Source of the DNA: Pristiophorus japonicus
Lineage: Eukaryota
Length of the DNA: 64,000 bases
Assembly (NCBI RefSeq): GCF_044704955.1
Contig: NC_091982.1
Location: forward strand, 166,532,001-166,596,000
Direction of reading: 5' to 3'
The notes below the pieces were generated by a model. It searched no databases. It was not told the origin of the DNA and was given only the letters and a program-made list of their open reading frames with translations. A program made the translations under genes and the position numbers. Shown here one piece after another: positions 1 through 10,163 of the stretch (position 1 is the first letter of the stretch; every line of letters begins with the position of its first letter).

Positions 1-3000
1 GCTCGACCTGGAAGCCCGTCTCGGTCAAGTCGTCCAGGACCCGGCCCTGCGGACGGTGTACGAAGCGAAGAAGGCCGCGCTGAAGGACCTGCAGCTCGTC
101 GGGTCCCGAGGCGCGTTCGTGAGGTCGCGGATCCGGTTCCTGCGGGATCTGGACCGCGGCTCCCCCTTCTTCTACTCGCTGGAAAAAAGGCAGAGTGTCC
201 GTAAGCAGCTCTTGACGCTGCTGGCCGACGACGGCTCTCTCGTCTCGGATCCGGAGGGCGTCAACAACAGGGTCCGTGAATATTACGGGGCTCTGTTCTC
301 TCCGGATCCGTCCAGCGAGGAAGCGCGTAGAGTTTTGTGGGAGGACCTGCCGAAGGTCGGCCCGGAGGGCGCCGAAAATCTGGAAGCTCCGCTAAGCCTG
401 GCGGAGCTGACCGGTGCCCTCGCCCGGCTCTCGAGGGGAAAATCCCCGGGGCTGGACGGGCTGACCGTGGAGTTCCACAGGGCGTTCTGGGACGTCCTGG
501 GGGGCGACTACGCGCGGGTCCTGGGGGAAAGTCTGGCGACCGGGGAGATGCCCCTCTCTTGGCGCAGGGCAGTCATCGTCCTGCTGCCTAAGAAGGGCGA
601 TCTCCGCCTCCTTAAGAACTGGCGCCCGGTCTCCCTCCTCAGCACGGACTACAAAATCTTCGCCAGGGCGATGTCTGCTCGCCTTGGTGCCGTGCTGGAC
701 CACATGATCCACCCCGACCAGTCATACACGGTCCCGGGCCGGACAATCCACGACAACATCCATCTGGTCCGGGACCTCATCCATTGCTCCCAGGAGGCTG
801 GTCTGTCGGTCGCCTTCCTATCCCTCGACCAAGAGAAGGCGTTCGACAGGGTGGATCACGACTATCTGCTCGGAACTCTGCGCGCTTTCGGGTTCGGGAC
901 GCATTTCGTCGCCCGGATCCGACTTTTGTACGCCGCCGCGGAGTGTCTGATTAAGGTTAACGGGTCCTTGACGGCGCCCCTTCGCTTTAGGAGAGGGGTG
1001 CGCCAGGGATGCCCCATGTCCGGCCAGTTATACGCCGTTTGCGTGGAGCCTTTCCTGCGCCTCTTGCGGACGAGGTTGACGGGACTGGCTCTGCAAGGGC
1101 CGGGCGTGGAGGTCGTCCTCTCGGCTTACGCCGATGACGTGCTCCTCGCGGTAGAGGATCCCGCTGACCTGCGGAGGATGCGTGAGTGCCAGGAGATTTA
1201 CTCGGCCGCGTCCTCCGCCAGGATCAACTGGGAGAAATGTTCCGGACTCCTGGTGGGTCAGTGGCGGGTGGACTCCCTGCCGGAGGAGCTCAGGCCTTTT
1301 GCCTGGAGCACGACCCATCTCCTCTATCTGGGAGTCTACCTTAGCCCCGACGAGGAAGCCTGGCCGGCGAACTGGCAGGAGCTGGAGGCCAAGGTCGCCG
1401 CTCGCCTAGGGCGCTGGACAGGACTGCTCCGAGTGCTGTCCTACAGGGGTCGAGCGCTAGTCATAAACCAGCTGGTGGCCGCAATGCTGTGGTACCGGCT
1501 GGTCACTTTGACCCCTCCCCCTGCGTTTGTCGCCAAGATACAGAAGAAGCTGGTGGACTTCTTCTGGAACAACAGGAAGCACTGGGTCTCTGTCGCGGTC
1601 TTGAGTCTCCCGCTTGAGGAGGGCGGTCAGTCGTTGGTGTGCGTCAGCGCCCAGCTCGCGACTTTCCGTCTTCAGACCCTGCAGAGATACCTTTACGTCG
1701 AGCCCCCTCCTAGGTGGTGTGCTCTGGCGAGGTATTTCTTCCGCCAGCAGCTCGACCTCAATTATGACACGCAGCTCCTGTTTGTGAACTTGGGGGGTGC
1801 CAGGACCGCCCTCCGGGAGCTGCCTGTCTTTTACAGGGAACTCATCAGGGTCTGGAACAAAGTCTCCACCAAGCGCAGCTCTCCGCCGGCTGGAGTGGCG
1901 GCCGTCCTGCAGGAACCGCTGCTCGGGAATCCGTACCTCCACGGCCGAGGCTTCATGTGGCGGTCGGAAGAGAGGGCTGTGGCTGGTGAGGTGACCAGGG
2001 TCAGGGACCTGCTCGATGGCGGAGGAGCGGGCTGGATGGCGCCAGTCACGCTGGCGCGGCGCCTAAATTCTGCCAACGTCCGCCGCGCGGCCGATGCCAT
2101 CGAGTCGCTAAAAACAGCTCTGGGCCCTGACTCCGTTAGGTGTATCGAGGAGGCTCAAGCACGTGGGGAGATCCCGTCCGAACTGACCCCCGTCCGGACG
2201 GAATTCCTCATCGGCGCCAAACCCCGGAACCTCCCTCGGGGGCCGGCGCCTCACAACTTGAGCCGCCTCGGGGAAATCCCCTCCGTGCCTTTCAGTTCCG
2301 CGCGGAGGGGTTTCCTGTACGGGCTGCTCCTGCACACCCTCAACTTTGCCATCCTCGCCGGCCGTCCGGACACGCCATGGCGTACCATCTTGCCGTCCGG
2401 AGGAGGCGGGGGTCCCCGATGGAGGGCACTCTACGCAGGGGTCCTCCCACTATTCATCGGGGACTTGGCCTGGAGGGTGGTGCACGGAGCAGTGCCGTGC
2501 AACAAATTTTTAAGCCGGTTCACGGACTCCCAGGCCGCCTGCAATTTCTGCGGTCTGGAGGAGTCCGTGTTCCATGTTTTTATTGAATGCACGAGGTTGC
2601 AGCCCCTGTTTTATTATTTGAAGGGGCTGCTCCTGAAATTCTGGCTGCACTTCAGTCCCACTCTCCTGATCTTTGGGCACCCTGTGCGGAGGGGAGCGGG
2701 TAGGTCCGAGGGCCTCCTCGTAGGACTGCTCCTGGGCACGGCCAAGGGTGCCATCAGCCGGTCCAGGCAGCGGGCGGTCGAGGGGGTCGTTCAACCTGAC
2801 TGCCTGCCTCTCTTCCGCTCTTACATCCGATCCAGGGTGTCCTTGGAGATGGAGCACGCGGTGTCCACCGGTACGCTCGCGGCCTTCCGCGAGAGGTGGG
2901 CACCGGAGGGTCTGGAGTGCATCATCACGCCCGGCAACCAAATTTTAATTTGATTTTACGTTTTAAAGTTAATTTGTTTTAAATGCCGGTGCTTTTAGTG

Positions 3001-3204
3001 TCCCCTTCCCTTTTATAGGGGGCACTGGGGAAAAATTGTGATTTTAGTGCCCAAAAAAAAAAAACAAAAAAAAAAGAAAAAACACAAAAAAAAAACACAA
3101 AAAAGGGGGAAAAAAAAAAAATGGGCCTTGTAAATGTCTGGAGTGTCACCCAGGTCGGGTGGCACCGTTTAATGTTTTATGTTTTCACAGATAAACTCAA
3201 AAGA
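1..3204 (+). mobile_element. Tx1-clade non-LTR retrotransposon, copy 1 (5' part outside window)
   Basis: Near-identical to 7211-10408 (offset 7210 in ORF2). Contains the 3' part of ORF2 and a 3' UTR ending ...GATAAACTCAAAAGA. Confidence 0.95.
2..2953 (+). CDS. Tx1 ORF2, partial (RT plus C-terminal CCHC)
   Basis: Open frame with RT motifs KSPGLDG, NWRPVSLL, LDQEKAFDRV, GVRQGCPMSG, YADD, and CNFC..H...C near the C-terminus. Confidence 0.95.
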   Translation, partial: LDLEARLGQVVQDPALRTVYEAKKAALKDLQLVGSRGAFVRSRIRFLRDLDRGSPFFYSLEKRQSVRKQLLTLLADDGSLVSDPEGVNNRVREYYGALFSPDPSSEEARRVLWEDLPKVGPEGAENLEAPLSLAELTGALARLSRGKSPGLDGLTVEFHRAFWDVLGGDYARVLGESLATGEMPLSWRRAVIVLLPKKGDLRLLKNWRPVSLLSTDYKIFARAMSARLGAVLDHMIHPDQSYTVPGRTIHDNIHLVRDLIHCSQEAGLSVAFLSLDQEKAFDRVDHDYLLGTLRAFGFGTHFVARIRLLYAAAECLIKVNGSLTAPLRFRRGVRQGCPMSGQLYAVCVEPFLRLLRTRLTGLALQGPGVEVVLSAYADDVLLAVEDPADLRRMRECQEIYSAASSARINWEKCSGLLVGQWRVDSLPEELRPFAWSTTHLLYLGVYLSPDEEAWPANWQELEAKVAARLGRWTGLLRVLSYRGRALVINQLVAAMLWYRLVTLTPPPAFVAKIQKKLVDFFWNNRKHWVSVAVLSLPLEEGGQSLVCVSAQLATFRLQTLQRYLYVEPPPRWCALARYFFRQQLDLNYDTQLLFVNLGGARTALRELPVFYRELIRVWNKVSTKRSSPPAGVAAVLQEPLLGNPYLHGRGFMWRSEERAVAGEVTRVRDLLDGGGAGWMAPVTLARRLNSANVRRAADAIESLKTALGPDSVRCIEEAQARGEIPSELTPVRTEFLIGAKPRNLPRGPAPHNLSRLGEIPSVPFSSARRGFLYGLLLHTLNFAILAGRPDTPWRTILPSGGGGGPRWRALYAGVLPLFIGDLAWRVVHGAVPCNKFLSRFTDSQAACNFCGLEESVFHVFIECTRLQPLFYYLKGLLLKFWLHFSPTLLIFGHPVRRGAGRSEGLLVGLLLGTAKGAISRSRQRAVEGVVQPDCLPLFRSYIRSRVSLEMEHAVSTGTLAAFRERWAPEGLECIITPGNQILI

Positions 3205-3222
3205 GTTTCATGCACAAGGACC
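3205..3222 (+). repeat. 18-bp target-site duplication between the tandem Tx1 copies (CR1-derived)
   Basis: GTTTCATGCACAAGGACC, identical to 10409-10426 and 29270-29287. Confidence 0.9.
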
Positions 3223-4140
3223 AATTGTGGAGCTGTGGAGGCGTGTCCTGCTCAGTTGGAGCTGTGAGCAGTGAGGAGAGCAGCTAGCAACTTTTGCTCC
3301 TGCCTGGAGAGCCCTGAGACCAGCCCAGGAACAGAAGGAAGGAAGGGGTTTCACCACCAACTTTACCCAGAGGGAGAGGAGGAGAACAGAAAACTTTGCA
3401 ACAACTTCATCATTCTGCAAGGAGTTGGAGAGAGGGGGAAAAACCAACAACATCCAGTGTGGAAGGAGGGAGACTCTACTATCTCTACAGGTGGGTGTGG
3501 GTGCATTTCCCCAAACAGACTTTGTTGTATCGGTGGGGGGAGGAAAGAAGACCACTGAGGGCCGGAACATCGCGGGGGGTGTGTGTGTGTGTGGTAGTGT
3601 GCGTGGGGGCCGTGCTTACAACTAGGCCCCCCCCACAATTGGAACCCCCCCCACCCCCCACATTTGCCTAGCCTGGGATAGCTGGAGCTACCAGGCTGAA
3701 GATTGTTGTTTTTCTTAAAACTCCCAATTAAAGATCGTTGGGAGTGCCTGGTGGCTCCAGCTACCCCAGGTGAAGACATCTTCTCCCCCCACCTGAAGAC
3801 CACCCCAAGGACTTTTGTGTTTTTGCCATCTGGGGAGTGCACCCACCCACAGCTGCGAGGGGAGACCTGCCCTCGCAGTCCCCCCCACCCCTTCCCACCC
3901 CCCTCTCTCTTTCTCTGCTACTCTGTTTCTCCCCTCTCTCTCTGAGGCCTCTTCCTTCCAAATTTGCAAAAAAAAACCAATTAAGACAACTGAGCAGAGG
4001 GAGCAAGGCCTCTCCCCAATTGTCAACGAGGGGAGAGGTACCTCGTTAAGAGCTCCTCTGCTCAGTTAATTTACGAGGCCAATTAAGACCTTTAAGGCCT
4101 GTGACTTTGGGGTGGGTGTAGCCCTTAAAGGGACCCCGTG

Positions 4141-6237
4141 ATGGCGACCCCATCCACGCCGGTGGCAGGGCCAGCAAGGACGTATGCGCAGGTGGCAACC
4201 GCTTCCACGGCCCCTCCTGCGCCACCCGCTGCCCTGCCACCATTTAGGTTAATTACTAGAAAACACGGGGTCAAGAGCTACACTCACCCCACAATGACCA
4301 TCGAGGAGTGCGTGCGGGCGATGGCTGGGGTAGTCGGCCCCTCGGCCATTGTCGCAGCCTCCAAGATGTCTGGGAAGGCCGTGTTCTTCCTGGGGTCGGA
4401 GCGGGCGGTGTCCCTGGCCCTTGAAAAGGGGCTCACGGTGGGCGGGACGTTCCTGCCGGTGGACCCTCTCGAGGCCACCGCGCAGAGGGTCATCATTTCA
4501 AACGTCCCGCCCTTTGTTCCCGCTGAGCTCCTCCTCCCTCACCTACACCAACTGGGGGAGGTAAGGTCGGGGATCAACCCCATACCGCTCGGCCTCAGGG
4601 AGAACAGCCTGCGCCACGTGTTCTCCTTCCGCCGCCAGCTCTTTGTCCGGCTGGCGCGGGAGGAGACGACGGAGGGGAGCTTTAATGTGGTGCACGAGGG
4701 GACTGCCTACCGCGTCTTCTGGACGTCGGACGGCGTGCGGTGCCATGCCTGTAGGGAGGTGGGGCATGTTCGTAAGAACTGCCCCGCCTCCAAGGCCGCC
4801 AAACCACCGAAGGCGGCCAAAGCTGGCACCGCCGCCACCCCTCCCCCTAGTTGCGTCCGCGTGCCGGGAGCCATGGGTGCGCGGGCATCGTCGGAGGCCT
4901 TTGTTTTCAGGGCCTCCGGCGGGGGGGAGGGAGAGCGTTCGACCGGAAAGAAGGCGCGGAAGAAGGCGAAACATCTCGAGGCGGGTCCCCTCGGTGCGCC
5001 GGAAAGTCTGACCACCGCGCTCAGCCCAACCCAGTCACCGGCGAGCGCGGGGTGCCCCGAGCCCGTGCCCGGGCCCTTGAATACCACCACAGAGGGGCCC
5101 AGGCGCGGGCAAGAAAAGGAAAAGGGGGGGGCGGAGCGGGAGGCCTCGGCAGACATGGAGGTCTCCCTGACTCCGCGCGCCCCCAGGAACAAAAAGAGGC
5201 ACCGCCCCAATGAGGCGGAGGGGGAACAACATCCCTCCGCGGAGGAGTCGGTGCCCGCCGCGTATCCCGCGTCCCCCACCAGCGCCCCCAAATTGCGCTG
5301 CAGGCGCGAGGAGTCTTTCCCCGGGGAGGGTGAGACAGTTGAGGCTGCCCAGCCTCTGCCTCCCGGGGATGGAGTGGAAGATCTGCCTGTCGTGGGGGGC
5401 GTGGGGACCGCGGAGGAATGCGTAGCCGCCGGGCCGGGCGTCCCGGGGACTGAGGCGGGCGAGGCCGAAAAGGCCGAACCTGAGCCCGCCCAGCTATTAC
5501 CCAACTTCCCCCGGGATTTGCTCGACCCGGCAGAGAATGAAACAAATAATTATGACACTGTAGATGCTGGGCCGGGGGGTGGCAGCGGGGAGGGGGAGGA
5601 ACACCCACCCTCGCCCCTTACTTTGGAGCTGGAGCACTTGGAGGGCCTGGGGATTTCCTATGGCCGGGTCTCTCCTTGTTCTCCGGTTCCTGGGGCGGAG
5701 GGGGAACCCCTTCCGCTGTCATTTCCCGACCCAGCACCATTTTTAAAAGAGCCCAGTGGGGACTCCTCTGCCGACGATCCTGGGGGTGGGATCGGGGCAG
5801 TGCCAGGGCCGGTTGGAGCGGCCGGTTCATTTGCCGTACCTTGTGCGGTCGATGGGCCGGCTGCTGGCGGCCACCTCCCGGAGGAGGACGGGGACTCGGT
5901 GGGGGTCGCGGGTGAAGACCTAGAGACCACCGCCAGTGAGGCGGTGGATCTACTCGCGGCCGCCGCTGAGGCCCTCCTCGTTCCTGCAAAGGAACTCCGG
6001 GACTTTTTGGCCCAGAGCCGGGGTCGCCGCGACCAAGCCCGACTGGCCCTGGAAAAATGGTCCGAGCCGGAGCTGATCAAGGGGTCCGTCCGCGCCGCCG
6101 TTAAAACCTTGGCCGCGGGCGGGCCCTTGACAAAGGAGCAGCACCTTGAGCTGCGCGAGCTCGAGGGACTCCTCGCTGGGCTGCGGAGGGAGCGGAGTTC
6201 AACAAAAGACTCCGCTCCCTCCCCCACAATAGGTTAA
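4141..6237 (+). CDS. Tx1 ORF1 nucleic-acid-binding protein (RRM-like N-terminus, zinc knuckle, long low-complexity tail)
   Basis: ATG at 4141. Tx1 ORF1-type motifs IVAASKM and RVIISNVPPFV, knuckle CHACREVGHVRKNC, then a Pro/Glu/Gly-rich region. Confidence 0.9.
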   Translation: MATPSTPVAGPARTYAQVATASTAPPAPPAALPPFRLITRKHGVKSYTHPTMTIEECVRAMAGVVGPSAIVAASKMSGKAVFFLGSERAVSLALEKGLTVGGTFLPVDPLEATAQRVIISNVPPFVPAELLLPHLHQLGEVRSGINPIPLGLRENSLRHVFSFRRQLFVRLAREETTEGSFNVVHEGTAYRVFWTSDGVRCHACREVGHVRKNCPASKAAKPPKAAKAGTAATPPPSCVRVPGAMGARASSEAFVFRASGGGEGERSTGKKARKKAKHLEAGPLGAPESLTTALSPTQSPASAGCPEPVPGPLNTTTEGPRRGQEKEKGGAEREASADMEVSLTPRAPRNKKRHRPNEAEGEQHPSAEESVPAAYPASPTSAPKLRCRREESFPGEGETVEAAQPLPPGDGVEDLPVVGGVGTAEECVAAGPGVPGTEAGEAEKAEPEPAQLLPNFPRDLLDPAENETNNYDTVDAGPGGGSGEGEEHPPSPLTLELEHLEGLGISYGRVSPCSPVPGAEGEPLPLSFPDPAPFLKEPSGDSSADDPGGGIGAVPGPVGAAGSFAVPCAVDGPAAGGHLPEEDGDSVGVAGEDLETTASEAVDLLAAAAEALLVPAKELRDFLAQSRGRRDQARLALEKWSEPELIKGSVRAAVKTLAAGGPLTKEQHLELRELEGLLAGLRRERSSTKDSAPSPTIG

Positions 6238-6263
6238 GGTAGAGGTTGCACTATGCTTTTGCC

Positions 6264-9200
6264 ATGAAGATAACCATAGCCAGCCTCAACATCAACGGCG
6301 GCAGAGGGGCACGCCGTAGATTTGACAATTTTTCGCTCCTGCGGGAGGGGAAATATGCGGTGTGCTTCCTGCAAGAAACCCACACCGTTCCGGGAGACGA
6401 AGCCACGTGGCTCCTGGAATGGCAAGGAGAGGTCCGCATGAGCCACCTCACCGCCATTTCTAGTGGGGTGGCCATCTTGCTGGGCCCGCATTTTCAGCCG
6501 GAAATCTTGAGGGTCGAGGAGCCCGTGCCAGGCCGCTTGCTGCACGTAACGGTTCGCCTGGGGGACGTGCCGCTCCATCTCGTGAACGTGTACGCCCCTC
6601 ATCCCGGCCCGCAGCAAACGCGCTTCTTTGAAGAGGTGTCCGCTCTTCTTGGCTCCGTCGACGTCGGCGACTGCATTGTCCTCGGGGGGGATTTTAACTG
6701 CACCCTCGAGGCGAGGGACCGCTCCGGTGCCCCGCAGTGCATGACGGCGATGGAGAAGTTGAGGGACCTGGTCGGGTCCTTCGACTTGGTGGACGTCTGG
6801 CGAAATCTCCACCCCGACTCCAGCGCCTTTACTTGGGTGAGGCCTGGAGTTGGATGGTCTAGAGTCGACCGCCTTTACGTGTCTCGGGCGTACGTTTCCT
6901 GCGTCCCGGCGGCCTCCATGCGGCCGGTGCCGTGTTCGGACCACCACCTGGTGTGGGCGGAGCTCGCTTCGCTCCGCGCGAGGACGGGGTCCGCGTACTG
7001 GCACTTTAACAACCGGCTGCTGGAGGACGTGCGGTTCCAGGACTCGTTCCGTCGATTCTGGTCCGACTGGAGAAGGAAGCAGGGGGGCTTCCCCTCCTTG
7101 AGGCTATGGTGGGACGTGGGCAAGGCTCACGTCCGCGTCTTCTGTCAAGAGTACGCGAGGGGGTCGACCAAGAGGCGGGCGGCCAGAGTCGGGCGCCTAG
7201 AAAAAGAGGTGCTCGACCTGGAAGCCCGTCTCGGTCAAGTCGTCCAGGACCCGGCCCTGCGGACGGTGTACGAAGCGAAGAAGGCCGCGCTGAAGGACCT
7301 GCAGCTCGTCGGGTCCCGAGGCGCGTTCGTGAGGTCGCGGATCCGGTTCCTGCGGGATCTGGACCGCGGCTCCCCCTTCTTCTACTCGCTGGAAAAAAGG
7401 CAGAGTGTCCGTAAGCAGCTCTTGACGCTGCTGGCCGACGACGGCTCTCTCGTCTCGGATCCGGAGGGCGTCAACAACAGGGTCCGTGAATATTACGGGG
7501 CTCTGTTCTCTCCGGATCCGTCCAGCGAGGAAGCGCGTAGAGTTTTGTGGGAGGACCTGCCGAAGGTCAGCCCGGAGGGCGCCGAAAATCTGGAAGCTCC
7601 GCTAAGCCTGGCGGAGCTGACCGGTGCCCTCGCCCGGCTCTCGAGGGGAAAATCCCCGGGGCTGGACGGGCTGACCGTGGAGTTCCACAGGGCGTTCTGG
7701 GACGTCCTGGGGAGCGACTACGCGCGGGTCCTGGGGGAAAGTCTGGCGACCGGGGAGATGCCCCTCTCTTGGCGCAGGGCAGTCATCGTCCTGCTGCCTA
7801 AGAAGGGCGATCTCCGCCTCCTTAAGAACTGGCGCCCGGTCTCCCTCCTCAGCACGGACTACAAAATCTTCGCCAGGGCGATGTCTGCTCGCCTTGGTGC
7901 CGTGCTGGACCACATGATTCACCCCGACCAGTCATACACGGTCCCGGGCCGGACGATCCACGACAACATCCATCTGGTCCGGGACCTCATCCATTGCTCC
8001 CAGGAGGCTGGTCTGTCGGTCGCCTTCCTATCCCTCGACCAAGAGAAGGCGTTCGACAGGGTGGATCACGACTATCTGCTCGGAACTCTGCGCGCTTTCG
8101 GGTTCGGGACGCATTTCGTCGCCCGGATCCGACTTTTGTACGCCGCCGCGGAGTGTCTGATTAAGGTTAACGGGTCCTTGACGGCGCCCCTTCGCTTTAG
8201 GAGAGGGGTGCGCCAGGGATGCCCCATGTCCGGCCAGTTATACGCCGTTTGCGTGGAGCCTTTCCTGCGCCTCTTGCGGACGAGGTTGACGGGACTGGCT
8301 CTGCAAGGGCCGGGCGTGGAGGTCGTCCTCTCGGCTTACGCCGATGACGTGCTCCTCGCGGTAGAGGATCCCGCTGACCTGCGGAGGATGCGTGAGTGCC
8401 AGGAGATTTACTCGGCCGCGTCCTCCGCCAGGATCAACTGGGAGAAATGTTCCGGACTCCTGGTGGGTCAGTGGCGGGTGGACTCCCTGCCGGAGGAGCT
8501 CAGGCCTTTTGCCTGGAGCACGACCCATCTCCTCTATCTGGGAGTCTACCTTAGCCCCGACGAGGAAGCCTGGCCGGCGAACTGGCAGGAGCTGGAGGCC
8601 AAGGTCGCCGCTCGCCTAGGGCGCTGGACAGGACTGCTCCGAGTGCTGTCCTACAGGGGTCGAGCGCTAGTCATAAACCAGCTGGTGGCCGCAATGCTGT
8701 GGTACCGGCTGGTCACTTTGACCCCTCCCCCTGCGTTTGTCGCCAAGATACAGAAGAAGCTGGTGGACTTCTTCTGGAACAACAGGAAGCACTGGGTCTC
8801 TGTCGCGGTCTTGAGTCTCCCGCTTGAGGAGGGCGGTCAGTCGTTGGTGTGCGTCAGCGCCCAGCTCGCGACTTTCCGTCTTCAGACCCTGCAGAGATAC
8901 CTTTACGTCGAGCCCCCTCCTAGGTGGTGTGCTCTGGCGAGGTATTTCTTCCGCCAGCAGCTCGACCTCAATTATGACACGCAGCTCCTGTTTGTGAACT
9001 TGGGGGGTGCCAGGACCGCCCTCCGGGAGCTGCCTGTCTTTTACAGGGAACTCATCAGGGTCTGGAACAAAGTCTCCACCAAGCGCAGCTCTCCGCCGGC
9101 TGGAGTGGCGGCCGTCCTGCAGGAGCCGCTGCTCGGGAATCCGTACCTCCACGGCCGAGGCTTCATGTGGCGGTCGGAAGAGAGGGCTGTGGCTGGTGAG

Positions 9201-10163
9201 GTGACCAGGGTCAGGGACCTGCTCGATGGCGGAGGAGCGGGCTGGATGGCGCCAGTCACGCTGGCGCGGCGCCTAAATTCTGCCAACGTCCGCCGCGCGG
9301 CCGATGCCATCGAGTCGCTAAAAACAGCTCTGGGCCCTGACTCCGTTAGGTGTATCGAGGAGGCTCAAGCACGTGGGGAGATCCCGTCCGAACTGACCCC
9401 CGTCCGGACGGAATTCCTCATCGGCGCCAAACCCCGGAACCTCCCTCGGGGGCCGGCGCCTCACAACTTGAGCCGCCTCGGGGAAATCCCCTCCGTGCCT
9501 TTCAGTTCCGCGCGGAGGGGTTTCCTGTACGGGCTGCTCCTGCACACCCTCAACTTTGCCATCCTCGCCGGCCGTCCGGACACGCCATGGCGCACCATCT
9601 TGCCGTCCGGAGGAGGCGGGGGTCCCCGATGGAGGGCACTCTACGCAGGGGTCCTCCCACTATTCATCGGGGACTTGGCCTGGAGGGTGGTGCACGGAGC
9701 AGTGCCGTGCAACAAATTTTTAAGCCGGTTCACGGACTCCCAGGCCGCCTGCAATTTCTGCGGTCTGGAGGAGTCCGTGTTCCATGTTTTTATTGAGTGC
9801 ACGAGGTTGCAGCCCCTGTTCCATTATTTGAAGGGGCTGCTCCTGAAATTCTGGCTGCACTTCAGTCCCACTCTCCTGATCTTTGGGCACCCTGTGCGGA
9901 GGGGAGCGGGTAGGTCCGAAGGCCTCCTCGTAGGACTGCTCCTGGGCACGGCCAAGGGTGCCATCAGCCGGTCCAGGCAGCGGGCGGTCGAGGGGGTCGT
10001 TCAACCTGACTGCCTGCCTCTCTTCCGCTCTTACATCCGGTCCAGGGTGTCCTTGGAGATGGAGCACGCGGTGTCCACCGGTACGCTCGCGGCCTTCCGC
10101 GAGAGGTGGGCACCGGAGGGACTGGAGTGCATCATCACGCCCGGCAACCAAATTTTAATTTGA
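6264..10163 (+). CDS. Tx1 ORF2: APE endonuclease, reverse transcriptase, CCHC
   Basis: MKITIASLNING, LQETH, NVYAP, GGDFN, RVDR, SDH (APE endonuclease); RT with YADD; CNFCGLEESVFHVFIEC. No stops in 1299 codons. Confidence 0.97.
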   Translation: MKITIASLNINGGRGARRRFDNFSLLREGKYAVCFLQETHTVPGDEATWLLEWQGEVRMSHLTAISSGVAILLGPHFQPEILRVEEPVPGRLLHVTVRLGDVPLHLVNVYAPHPGPQQTRFFEEVSALLGSVDVGDCIVLGGDFNCTLEARDRSGAPQCMTAMEKLRDLVGSFDLVDVWRNLHPDSSAFTWVRPGVGWSRVDRLYVSRAYVSCVPAASMRPVPCSDHHLVWAELASLRARTGSAYWHFNNRLLEDVRFQDSFRRFWSDWRRKQGGFPSLRLWWDVGKAHVRVFCQEYARGSTKRRAARVGRLEKEVLDLEARLGQVVQDPALRTVYEAKKAALKDLQLVGSRGAFVRSRIRFLRDLDRGSPFFYSLEKRQSVRKQLLTLLADDGSLVSDPEGVNNRVREYYGALFSPDPSSEEARRVLWEDLPKVSPEGAENLEAPLSLAELTGALARLSRGKSPGLDGLTVEFHRAFWDVLGSDYARVLGESLATGEMPLSWRRAVIVLLPKKGDLRLLKNWRPVSLLSTDYKIFARAMSARLGAVLDHMIHPDQSYTVPGRTIHDNIHLVRDLIHCSQEAGLSVAFLSLDQEKAFDRVDHDYLLGTLRAFGFGTHFVARIRLLYAAAECLIKVNGSLTAPLRFRRGVRQGCPMSGQLYAVCVEPFLRLLRTRLTGLALQGPGVEVVLSAYADDVLLAVEDPADLRRMRECQEIYSAASSARINWEKCSGLLVGQWRVDSLPEELRPFAWSTTHLLYLGVYLSPDEEAWPANWQELEAKVAARLGRWTGLLRVLSYRGRALVINQLVAAMLWYRLVTLTPPPAFVAKIQKKLVDFFWNNRKHWVSVAVLSLPLEEGGQSLVCVSAQLATFRLQTLQRYLYVEPPPRWCALARYFFRQQLDLNYDTQLLFVNLGGARTALRELPVFYRELIRVWNKVSTKRSSPPAGVAAVLQEPLLGNPYLHGRGFMWRSEERAVAGEVTRVRDLLDGGGAGWMAPVTLARRLNSANVRRAADAIESLKTALGPDSVRCIEEAQARGEIPSELTPVRTEFLIGAKPRNLPRGPAPHNLSRLGEIPSVPFSSARRGFLYGLLLHTLNFAILAGRPDTPWRTILPSGGGGGPRWRALYAGVLPLFIGDLAWRVVHGAVPCNKFLSRFTDSQAACNFCGLEESVFHVFIECTRLQPLFHYLKGLLLKFWLHFSPTLLIFGHPVRRGAGRSEGLLVGLLLGTAKGAISRSRQRAVEGVVQPDCLPLFRSYIRSRVSLEMEHAVSTGTLAAFRERWAPEGLECIITPGNQILI

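Noticed and set aside
3208-4069. ORFs in the Tx1 5' UTR (possible ORF0)
   Set aside because: Mostly non-ATG starts and low complexity, with no second copy in the window to test conservation.
337-10158. Many short overlapping and antisense ORFs within the Tx1 copies
   Set aside because: Expected shadow ORFs of GC-rich coding sequence; no motifs.
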